A stretch of 47,322 nt of DNA from contig DF237598.1 in NCBI GenBank assembly GCA_000708835.1, forward strand, positions 1-47,322. Direction: 5' to 3'. The stretch comes from Klebsormidium nitens. Taxonomy: Eukaryota; Plantae; Klebsormidiophyceae. Position numbers and translations under genes: made by a program. Below are positions 21,966 to 33,500 of the stretch, in pieces. How positions within the stretch are numbered: the first letter of the stretch is position 1; every line of letters starts with the position of its first letter. Under the pieces are notes generated by a model. The model worked only from the letters and a program-made list of their open reading frames with translations. It searched no databases and was not told where the DNA came from.

Positions 21966-24528
21966 ATGGTGATCTTTGCAAGATCAGCAGGAGTGGTGCT
22001 TCGAAGAACTCAAGATCTGCCTTCGGTGCTGCAGTTGATCAGCGCAGCAACTTCTATTCCCTCCAAGCTTGCATGTTGTCTCGATTCTTCCAAGAAGAGC
22101 ACGCAGCCATGTGAGAGGGACGTGTATCTGGAGGAGGGTGCAGGTTTTTCCAACACAGGCATATACGACAACCTAGTCTTTTCCGGCAGCCAGTTGCCAC
22201 CCAGTAGCGGTGTTCCTTTATGGGCGCAGCGATCTGGTTGGTACTCGTCAAGTAAGCTGCTGTTGAGTATTAACAGGAGCTTCTTCTCATCCAGCTCTGC
22301 AGCCTCTGCGGAGGGAGCAGACCGGGTGCGGAGCGACACGCCGCAACAACCCCAGCCAGTGTCTTGGCGAGATTTTGAGGACATTGGCATCTGGACTGTT
22401 GACGAAGATGCCTCCCCAGCCAAGCACCGAGCCGATGGGCCCTCTGCCCTGCATCACTCATCGCACCCGCCTGACCGACCAGCTGATAGCCGAGGAGCCA
22501 CGGCGCCTGGGGGGCGCAGAGCTGAGACAGTCGCAGACGGGGGGATCAGGTCGTCCAGCGGCGGCTTTCTCCACGTTTCCGAATATGGGGATGAAGAGGA
22601 GGCAACCACCTCAAGTTCTCACTCTGACAACGCTACGAGCATTTGGAGTCGGAACGCGGAGTCGGCCACCACTTCGTGGAGGGACTTTGAGGACATGGGC
22701 GAATGGGTGGTGGACAAAGCGGAGGACGACACGGACGCTGCCATCCACACACAGCAGGGCAGGGCAAAGGGGACCCCCAACGCAGCAGCGGGGCTCGCTC
22801 GGCCCCCCAAGCTTACGCCGAAGGAGCGGAAAAAGAGGAAGAAGCAGATCAAGGCAGGGGAGTTTGTGCTGCCCAGGTTCAAGGGGCCCTATTTCACGGA
22901 GGAAGAGAAGAAGCTGTCGTACTTCGACCTGTGCCAGCTGCCCAGCCTGCGCGGCGTGGCGGAGGTGCCCGACTTCCTGCGGCTGTCCGACGAGGACCTG
23001 CTGGCGCAGTGCGACGTGCAGACGGGGCGCGGCACCGGGGGGCACAAGGGCCACGGGCGGCCCAGCAGTGTGCTGCTGAAGCACCGGCCCACGGGGCTGG
23101 CCACCGGCTGCGACAAGACACGGTCCGTGTACGGCAACAAGATGAAGGCACTCGATAAACTGCAGGAAATGATTGCACTCAAAGGTAGGGAGGCTGGGAA
23201 CCCCTGCCCCCTGAGGCCTGCCTCTTCACTCTTCATTGGTTGATGTGTGCGCCAAGGTCGAAGGACCCCGACATGTGAAGTGCCATCAGGGTGGTGAGCT
23301 GCCTAGTACCAGACTGTCCTGTCCAGACATGAAAGTATCCAGGAAAATGGTTTCTTTGTAAGTGCGTGGCTCTTGGCCAACTGGTCGTAGTGGTTGACCC
23401 CTCCTTGTTGTCTGTCGCCTCCAGTCCGCCGGCGGATCCCCGAGGGGCCGTACGTGCCCCCACGGCGGGTGCGGTACATGATGCCTGCCGAGGACCTGCA
23501 CCCGGACTGGGCGCTCAGCAAGCACGTCAGAATTGGATTCAAGACGTCACCATTTGTCAAAGTAAGACTACGTCACTCGAATGCTACCGTTTGAAGGCCC
23601 TCTGCCACTATGCCAGGTGTCGTCCATTTGAATTTTTGGGCTTTAGCCCTTTCTTCCCCAAGTCCTGAGCTGACTTCTACATCGCGGCTGAGTGTCTGGT
23701 TTTGAAGGCTCCCATCGTGAACCATGCAGGACGATTTTGATCCAGCTTGAGACGAGAGTAGTGTTTGTGCAAGGCTCAGTAATCTCACTTCCTTTGAAGC
23801 ACTACTACAAGCGGAAGGCTGCAAATTTTCAAAAAAAAGCCTAGGCTCTAGTGTCTCAATCTGTTCTATACGACAGAACTGGTCGATTCGATGAACCGTT
23901 GCTGATGTCACTCACTTGAGGATCGTCCTTCGTGGTCCACGGGGAACGCCTCTTTGTCGTTCACGGCTCTGGCCTGGCGCCGCACTCCGTGAGCCCCAGT
24001 CTTGTCCAGAGGTCCGCCCCCCGGCCCCCTGGCCTGGCTGTCCCCTCTGACCGGCCCCTGATGCGCGTGCTGGTGCTGCTGTGGTGGCAGGGGTGCCAGG
24101 TGCTGCTCGACCTGCTCGTGTCCTGCGACGGCGACTTTGGCGTGGCGGCGGAAAAGATGCGCATGACCGAGCAGCGCTTCCGCCGTCTGCTGAACCAGAA
24201 CATCCACGTCAAGCACTACGTCAAGCTGTACAAGGACTTCAAGGTCAGCCCCCAGCGCCCGCCAAGAGACCAGACTGCTATGCCAGCTTTTTCATATTTG
24301 GAGTCGTTTTGTATGTCATCTTGAATCGTTTTGACGAGGGCGTTTTGCTTTGTCGTCTAGTGCGGTTGAAACTGCCTCTTACGATCGCGTCCTGACCTCT
24401 CTTCTTCCACTCTCTCCCAGAGGCAACGGTTTGTGCTGGACTACGAGGCGGGTCTCATAAAACCAGAGCAGTTGCAAGGGCCGGCTGATGGCACTGAAGC
24501 GAAGCACAAGGACGGCGGCCAAGCATGA
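21966..24528 (+). CDS. Plant-type organellar class I peptide-chain-release-factor-like protein with a degenerate GGQ (GGH); probably four exons
   Basis: Long exon 1 with an Arg/Ser-rich, transit-peptide-like N-terminus. Then FLRLSDEDLLAQCDVQTGRGTGGHKGHGRPSSVLLKHRPTG..RSVYGNKMKALDKLQEMIALK|VRRRI..|GCQVLLDLLVSCDGDFGVAAEKMRMTEQRFRRLL. This is colinear with the recalled plant RF-1-like family (LTDEEL..QC..GPGGQHRNKRESAVRLKHLPTG..RSQHKN..AL..GMQALLDL). Last exon ends at TGA 24526-24528. Confidence 0.8.
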
Positions 24529-26382
24529 CAACGGGAAAGCTCGGAGGACACGTGTCGACAGCGATAACGGTGACCCTGAGGACCAGGCGGCGGGCCTGGA
24601 TGTGTCGAGCATTTTGCGCGGACACGAAACCATCCGACAGCAACCACGCTGCCTGTCATGCGCTGTCAAGCAATGCATGCAACAAAAATGAGTTAAAAGC
24701 TTTGAGCCTTCACGGGTGAATTCTTCTTGAGCAGACTAACAACATTGATCTAATATGACGAAGTTATGTCGCTGTCAAATTTAGGTCAGCCCGTCTTTAT
24801 GGTCGTTTCCTGGTCGTCAACGCCCTTGGCCATGTTAGAAGCATGGGGCAATCAGGATTCGGGTGCGACTGGTAGAGCGTATCTTTTGATTGCAAGGTGA
24901 CTCTTTAGCTCGCTGAATATTTCGGTGAATCCTGTACAATACAAAGGTCTATCGATCATCGTGGTTCCCGTCAAAAAATCAACGAAAACTGCCTCCTAAG
25001 AATTAGAATAAACGCAGTTGATGTGAATGCATGATATAGTATTATGCTCTTTCAGGCATACACCGCAAGCTCGGGAGAGCTGCCAATAGCACTGTTGTTC
25101 CTAATGGAATACGCCTTAGAGGGTCGGAGAGCATTACCTGCAATTCAATCGGGGCAATTCGACTTGCAATCAAGTGTTCACCTCTATGCAATCCCGGCCG
25201 CCGCTGCAAAGTATATGATTAAACCACAACTCATGCTGCACTGCATGCCTGGAACAACCGGCCGTACGGGAGGCACTAGGTATATACGAACCTGAGTCTA
25301 ATGTATGTATACTTCTTTTATAAGGCCGTAGCATTGAAGCCATGGACCTGGTAACCAGTACACATTTTGTTACGAGTAATTGGACGTTAGAATCAAGAAG
25401 CTACTCTACTAATGCTAAATTGCCGTATATTACCAGGATCCTAACCGGTTTTGAGCTATGGATCTACATGCATCTATCAACACAAAGCAAGCCTTCAAAA
25501 GTGATGAATGTGCACTCTTATGGGAATGAAAGTGTCTCATTTTAGCCCTAAAAAACTGTTCCTTTCAGATATTTTGGGCTTCGTCTTGGCTTGCTTGCTA
25601 GAGTTGTAGGCTCGTTCGGTCGGAGTGGTATGTACGATGAAGCTGCATGTAGAGCTTCTTGGCGGTCCAATTTTGAGGACTCGCAACAAAATCTGTTGTG
25701 TACTTGTGAAAGCCGGGGAGGAGTTGGCCCTGAGTAAGTCGGTGAGGGCTACCTCTTCCGAAGAATTTTGACGAACAAACTCATGTATTCAGAGGCCGCC
25801 ACCTGCCGGGCGAGACGTTTGGCTGGAACATTCCCTAAGTACCAGCTGTCCATGCAGAAGATAGACCGAGCAAGGCCAAGCTGTTGCTTAGCAGAGGGGA
25901 AAGTGTCGGGCCATTAAAAACCCTCTTCCAGTACGCCCTGTTTTATTGCGTCCGGTTTTTGGGAAGAGGGAAAAGGTACCCCGGGGGTGCCCTCCCGTGC
26001 TTGTAAGGCTTCACTGGCAAATTGGCATCAAGCAGGTCGCATGGACAGGAACCGATATAAAGAATCCACATGGTTGTGAAAGATATGTAGATCGGTATAT
26101 GATCCGTCGATCGATGTTTTGTTGTGAGAGCAGGCTAGAGTCTGCGATAATCATGGGAAACGACCTTGTCGAATGAATGCAATTGCTGCAGGCTGAGTCA
26201 TTACAAAATTGTATCGAGCGATCAAAGGATGCCAATCGATCAGAGCCTTCGATATAGTGAAAAAGGTGGTATCCATGGGAAGAGTTGGGTCAATGAATCC
26301 ACCGTCGTCTGAGTGCGTGAATCGCAGTGCGATCCCAATTACTCAGACCTGACTACCAACTTGCAAAGTTTGAAATTCCGGT

Positions 26383-26993
26383 TCAGAACTTCTTGCCCCA
26401 GGTCCAGTCGGACGCCTCGAGTCTAGCGTCTCTAAGTGGGTGCCTGAATTGCTGGAAGCGGCGCATCATGGCCGTCTTGGCCGCAGCGTTAATTGTAACA
26501 AGGCGCCAGGTCCTGCACTTCGAGCCTGGGTTGATTGCAATGCATTCCAGAAGGAATGCGCCACCGACAGTGGTCATCTTGGCTTCCACGCCCGCAGTGT
26601 CGAGAGCGTCGAGGACGTCCTGCTGCTGAGGAAAGTAGACGTGGGGCTTCGCCGCTTCCATGCAGATCAGGCGTGCGGTGTCGGTGACCTTGTAGCGGCC
26701 GAGCTTGGCTGCGAGAGAAGGACGGAGGTACACATTAATGATGTTGCAACAGCAGTCATGCAAGCACGCGTACTGCAACATCTCATGACCGCCCGCTCAA
26801 AGTAAAGAGCTGGAGCTGCAATTCTTGTTTGAACATGCATGCTAATCATGTAGCTCGATCTAGCTGGTGAAAGCATGCTGTAGCTGCAGCATGAATATAT
26901 GAGCATCCACGGCCGACCCCATTGTCCGTTGGAGTGCGAATCTTACCACGGATTCGATCAGACCCTATACAACATGATACTGCAGCCAGGCGC
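26383..26993 (-). CDS. Two spliced coding exons of unknown function (26947-26993 and 26383-26708): 3' end of an orphan gene or an alternative DNA2 C-terminus
   Basis: Both acceptors are pyrimidine-rich (ccttgtag, ttctctcgcag) and the donor is GTAAGA. The 47-nt exon joins in phase: RLAAVSCCIGSDRIR|AKLGRYKVTDTARLICMEAAKPHVYFPQQ..WTWGKKF*. The terminal exon has strongly G/C-ending codons. Confidence 0.55.
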
Positions 26994-27516
26994 CTACAAG
27001 GCAAAAGGGCGAAGCTTGCAAGCTCAGGAGTCTGTCGTAAAGACCGCAACTTGTCGAGCTCGTGCGTTGATTAGGGCCAGGTAACCCTGCATTATTTTCA
27101 AGAATGTTGACCGGCTGCAATTGATGCACGCACAACCAGCGAACCCGGGACGTCCATCACGGAAAATCGAACAAAGATGAACGTACGTTCAGGCTCATGC
27201 GCACATGTCTGGGCACTCATGCTAATTGCAACATGGAAAAGGGAACGTTTGCATGACTCCACATCATAGGGACTGGACGGACTGCGCGAAAAATCGTGCA
27301 GCAACGAAGCATATTGCGGGGTAGGCCCATCTCGAAGCACACGCAGCACTTTGAACATCAAGAACATCGATTCTTCACCGGTTGATTCTGCCGAATTCCC
27401 CTCAACTCGCTCTACAAGGTAATTGACTGCATCGACATTTGTTATTGTTTGGCTGGATGTCAACCTGATCTCGTTAGCTTTTTGACTCTGCAATGAATCC
27501 TCGCCTAGCAAACGTC

Positions 27517-30500
27517 TTAGGCCAGCTTCCTATTTGCTACAACGTTGTCCGAGATCGGCTTCAGCGGCCTTCGGCCCCCTGCCATGTCCTTGCTCTTCGT
27601 GCCTTTCTGGAATACTTTCCAGATCTTTCCTTTAGGGGAGTACCGTGCCGGCCGTGCTGGCGTGCTCTCTCCCACTCCCTCGCTGCTCTCGTGTCCGTTC
27701 TGTGCGGCATCCGGCTCCGGTGTGCCGTCGACCTCGCGCTGGCTCAGGCTCTGCTGGACGTGCGCCGCAAGGCGCAGCGCGGCCGCGTCGTCGCGCGGGA
27801 CGTGGAGGGGTTGGTGTTGCAGCACGCGCGGGGGCAGGCAGACGAGCCAGCGCTGGTCCAGCACCAGCCGCAGCAGGCCGGCCAGCAGCGGCACGCCGCC
27901 CAGCGTGCTGCCCGACCCCACCAGCACCAGCTTCTTCTGCAGCCAAGCACGCACCGCGCGCCGCAGTCAGGGCCACAGCAGGGGCGGCGCAAAAACCTGG
28001 CAGTCCCTCAAAGCAACCCCACGATCCTTCCTGCCGTGGTTTGAAACAGGGATTCCTCAAGCTTCCGTCTAACTTGACAAGGACTTTCCAAGCAATCTCG
28101 CGTTGACCGTGGAGGGTGCGGCCCGGCTCACCTTGGCGCGGGTGAGGGCGACGTTGATGCGGCGCGCGTCCTGCAGCAGCTGGCCCGCGGCCTTCTCCCG
28201 GTTGGAGCGCACGAACGACACCAGGATGCACTCCTTGTCGCGGCCCTGCACCGCCACCGCCACGCTGTCACGGCCACACCACCGCCAGCGGCGCACCCAG
28301 TCTTACGTCGAAACAAGGCAGGCCACGAGACGGGAAGCGAGCATGCGAATATAGCAGCACCGAGGGCCCCGCACCACCGGGATTAAACTTTCAGAGCGGC
28401 GGCCGGCGGCGGCGGCGTGTGCCAGCGCGGCTCACCTGGTACTTGTCGACGGTGTGCACCTCGAGGCCGGCCGCGCGGAGGTCGGGCGTGAGGCGCGCGA
28501 TGAGCTTCACCTGCGCCTGGTACGGCGAGATGACGCCGATGTCCGCCGGGGACACGCCGCCCGCCTCCAGCGCACTCACCACCTGCCAGCGGACAACGAC
28601 TACGATGATCATACCTCCAAAAAAGGTTGTCGCCAACTCGTCTGGCGGCCTCTTCACATCCGCTCGGCTGGTCAATGCTGCTCCTCCAATCGGACTGCAG
28701 CACAGAGTACAGCAGCACATGGATGGATCACAGGCTTTTCGAAGTTCGCCGTCACGCGGCACGTGTGCGGGGCAAGAGTGCAGGGGCCGTGTGTGTGCGC
28801 GCTTGCCTTGGTGACGAGGCAGGCCTCCGCCATGTTGTGCACGGCGCCCTGCTGGCGCGCCTCCTGGCCGCCGCCGCCGAGCGAGTCCGTGTCCAAAAAC
28901 ACGACGCGGCGCAGCGGGTCCACCGCGGCGCGCAGCCACGCGCTGTCCTGGCTGCCCGCGAAGTCGGGGGTGACGGCCAGGCGCGCGGAGGCCAGGGCGG
29001 GGGACGCGCAGCGCAGCCGGTGGTCGTACACCAGCGTGTTGCTCAGCAGCATGATGTCCGCGCACATGCGGTACTGCACGCACACCAGCCCGGGCAGGGC
29101 CGCGTCAGCAGACCGGCCGCAGGCTCCGGGCGCCAGAGGAGCAGCCGAGGAAGCCACTTTCCGATGGATGTCGTCAACAATGACTCTATGGGCCATCATG
29201 ACTTCTAGCTCGCCGGATCGTTCAACTGAGATATCATTCTGACTGATCCGTACCGTTTCTAGCTGTCAGGCCAGCCACATCAATCCGCCGGGCCTTGTCG
29301 TTGTACATCGTGATAACACAGGCCTTGAACAACCAACCATTGCCGGCATTGCCCTTACTTGCTGGCCCTTCCAGCCACACGGCCGGGGCCGCGGGTGCGC
29401 CGTGTGCGTGCCTCACCTGCGTCTGCAGCGCGGCCACGGCCTCCGGGTGCGCGTCGGAGAGCAGCTTGAAGAGGCTCACGTCCAGGCCGCCCTCGCGCGC
29501 AGCAGCGCTCTGTAAAAGCAGAGGAACGTGGGCCGACTCTCAATAGCTGCCGAGGTGCACCGCCAGACCATGTGAGCATGGAGCCGCTGACGGCACGGCT
29601 GGAAGTGAGGCCGCCAACGAAAAGCAATGTCGCAAGGTGATGTGGGGGGCGGGGGGCTGACCTTGACGAGGGGCGGCAGCTGGTGATGGTCGCCCACCAG
29701 GACGAAGGCGCGCGCGCACAGCAGGGGCCCCAGCACTGCCTGCACACGCACACAACAGCACACAGCGATCACCACACCGCGGCAGGGAACGGGGCGGGCC
29801 ACCCGGGGTGCAAGCAGGCAGAGACGCACGCCACATGCGATAGCCAGGGGGAAAGATGGGGAGTGTTTTGCCTGGCGGGGCGGGCTGACCGGGAGCGTGA
29901 TCTGGGATGCCTCGTCCACGATGCAGACGTCGAAGGTGCGCTTGCGGAACAGAGGGTGCGTCACGCCCAGGCACGTCACGCCCACCACGCGCGCCGCCGC
30001 CACGCGCGCCTCCAGGGCCGCCACGGACGCGGGAGCCGTGCCTGGAGGCAGGGGAGCGAAATGAGAGCCGGGAGGAGCAGGGGACGAGGGGGGCACACAG
30101 GACGTGCAAGGAGGCCGCTCGACAGCACACCTCTTACTCCCGGGGTTCTGCCGCGGGGTGCGCTTACCCGGGTTGTCGAGAGCCGCGTGCTGCACCGCAG
30201 GGTGGATGGAGGCCAGCCGGCCCACGCGCACGAACTCCACGCCCTGCATCACGCGAACGCAGAGTTTTGGCACACACAGCAACCGGGGACCCGAGCATCG
30301 ACAGTGCAGGAGCAGGAGGCGACCAGGGCGGCGGTCCTGGTATGTACGAGAGCGGGAGAGCCGTAGTCAGACTCGGCATAGATACAAGAAGTGTCGGAGA
30401 AGGCCCCGCTGACGATTCAGCATGTTTGTAGCTTTACGGAGGAAAACACGAAGGGAAAACAAGGCAGCAGGGTGCTGTGTGGGCGCGGGGCGGGCGTGCG

Positions 30501-33500
30501 GCGTCACCTGCTGGTGCAGCTTGGTGAGGATGTTGTCCACGGCGGAGTTGGTGTGCGAGGTCACCAGCACGGACGCTCCGCGCGCCAGCAGCGCGCGCAC
30601 AGCGTGGCAGATGGTGGTCGTCTTGCCCGTGCCGGGCATGCCCAGCACCATGCAGTAGTCGCGCGCGCACAGCACCTGCGCGCACCGAACACCGCGCCGC
30701 CGTCAGCCGTAGCCACGACAGCAGGCGCGGGCGAGCACACTGCCCAGCACGATGCAGGCGGACTTGCCTCACACGCGTGCATGGCAGGCCTGTGCGCTCG
30801 GAACGGCTGCGCACCAGGATGTCGCCCTGCCTCGAAACAAAAGGGCCTGAAAGGGGCGCCAGTGAAGCTGTACTCGGCGGCCTCGACCCGTGTAGAACCA
30901 ATTGGCATAAGGCATCCGCTGAAAGTTCGAGTTGCCTCGCTTTCTTGAAAAGGCAGTCATCAGACAGACGAAAGCGCAGGCGGAGTTCCACCGAATGCTC
31001 CAGACAATGCAGAATGCGTCAAGCGAAGACGCAAACAGGGGATACTGTAGCTGAGGTGAAAGCTTTTTGAAAAAGGAACAAAAGGAGCGGTAAGTGCAAC
31101 GATTTGAACGGCCTTTTCTGCGGGTGGAAGAGAAACAAAGATGCGCGTATCGGGATGAGGTGAGGGTCGCGGCGCGCCTGCGTGAGCGCTGCGCGCTGGT
31201 CGTCGTTGATGTGGTGCAGCTGGCGGCAGTAGGCGAGCGCGGGGTCCTGGCTGCCCAGCAGCGAGCCGTCGAACACGGGGGCCTGCACAGCAGCAGCAGC
31301 CACGACGCTGGTCACGACGCAGGCACGGCGGCGAGGCAGGGCGGGTCGATCCGGGGACACACGCAATGCTCATCGTCAAGCACCCCCTGGCGCCGACGCG
31401 GGTGGGCAGCCGAGAGGAGGGCGGAGGGGGGTGGCGGCGCACCTGCTTGTCCACGATGAGAGCTCTCCGGCGGTCGTCCCCGCTGGCGGCCAGCAGCGCC
31501 ACCAGGTTGCTCCTGCACACAGAGGGGCCGAGTAAGTCACACGGGGGACAGTCCGGCCTGACCCTGCCTTGCCTCTCGGAACGGCACAACCAACTTTCAG
31601 AGCAGCGGCGGCGCAGGCCGATGATCTGCGTGAGACGGGTATGAGCAGGGCGTCGGTGATTCACCTTGCCAGGTTGGAGTGGTACGCCGTCTCGTTCCGG
31701 TCCAGGCGCCAGGTGGTGCTCGCCAGTCGCTCGGCGCCCGATAGGCCGCCCCGCGCAGGCAGCCGCAGCGCCGCCGGCACTGACACCTGAGACACCCACA
31801 AGGAGAAGGCGCTCAGCACTGCCGTGCAAGGCCGGAGGACGGCACTCGGACCGGGTCGGACACGTCTCCAGAATGGCCTCGTATCGCAGTCCGCTGTGCC
31901 CGCGCTCTCTGCCTTCCTCGCCTTGCTGAGCCGGGTCCAGGAGAATGCGTAGTCAACTGACAGGGAGCAGGAAGGCTACTTGCTCCTTGAGATGACGAGG
32001 CTTCCGGCGCAGGTCCACACAGGAACCGTGAAGCATCGTCTTAAGAACTGTCGCTGACGGGGAAGCGAGTCCAGCCCCGGCATCGAGTCCAGCCCCGCGG
32101 CCTCACCTTGATTCCGTCGGGGTCCTTGCTGACAATGACCCCGGTGGCGATCGCCACGGCCGCATGGTCGCCCTCCGTACTCAACAACTGCAGCGCAAAG
32201 GACAGCCCCACCATCATCAGCCATGCATCGCCAGTTGCAGATTCTGGTCGCCACCATACCTTCTCCGCTGCTGTGCAGAAGGTCGAAACATTGAGTGGTG
32301 CGCGGTGTCCTCACCACGTAGTCGCCCTCGTGCAGCGGCCCGTCCTGCGCCGCATAGCCGCACGGCCGGAAGTGGTACACCAGCGTGTGCGCTCGCCCGC
32401 CCGCCGTGGCCGTGCCGCCCGCCAGCCGCTCCGGCTCGCCCGCCAGCCGCAGCGCCGCCAGGCACTGGCCCGCCGCCTGCTGCTGCTGCCCACTCGCGCC
32501 CCACACCCCGCGCAGGTCGCCCTGCCAGCCCGCACAAACACGGCAGCAGTCAGCCACGAGCGCGGCGCCGCGAGCCAGGCCGGGGAGGCGGCCAAGAAGG
32601 CGTGCAGGGGAACAAGCAGGTTCGTCATTGAGGGAAGACAGTGTGCCAAGACAGGCGGTCGCAGCTAAAGAGCGGGGCGGAGCGTCCTCCTGCGGGGGGC
32701 ACCTGCGTCTCCTCCTCCTCCTTGCTGAGCAGGTACTCCCAGTGGCGGAAGAAGGCGGCGTGGCCCGCGCTCAAGTGGCTGCCCTTGCCGGCGACCGCCT
32801 CGTTCTCGGAGCAGTCCCACGAGCCGCCCTGCAGCAGCCGGAACAAGTGTGTCAGCAACGTGGCAAGCGGGCTGACGCCACAAGGCACATCCGCGGTAAG
32901 AGGGACATAGGCTTTCCTTGTTTGTGATCACCAAATCTGAAGAACTTTTCTTCAGACGCGGCTGTCTCTGCTCGTGTTGGCTTCACCAAGTTCTTGGCTG
33001 CCCGGGCCAGCGCCGGGCCGCAGTGTGCTCACCTGCGCGGGGTTTGCCTCGTGGGTGGCTGCCTGGTACACGGCGCACGCCTCCAGCTGGGAGCACTTCT
33101 GGCACTGCCGGTCCTCCTGCAGCCACGCATAAATCATGCTGACGGCGCACGAGAAGACTATGGCCGCCAGGAGACAGAAGCGTTTACAGAGGCTGCGGGC
33201 AAACTTCCAGCTTGAAACTATGTTATGGTACCACCAGGCCAGGCTGGCCCCCGGGTCGTGTGCGGGGCGGCGCTTTGTGGGGCTCACCTGCAGGACGGCG
33301 GGCAGCGCGGGGCCGGCGGGGTGGCTGCGCGCGGCGGCTGCGAGGGCGTGCGCCAGCTGGTTGCGGCGCTGGAGCAGGCTCACCAGCTCGCTGCGCTGCA
33401 CCGGGATGCCCTGCATCGGCCACGGCGCACCGCCGTCAGCGCAGCAGGCAGAGAGGGGAAGGCCGAAGTAGCAGGCAGAGACGGAGGGGTAGGCGGCGGC

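Noticed and set aside
30434-30991. Sense ORF partly inside a DNA2 intron ([21 protein letters not shown]..)
   Set aside because: DNA2 aligns without gaps when this stretch is removed. No convincing splice sites or codon bias.
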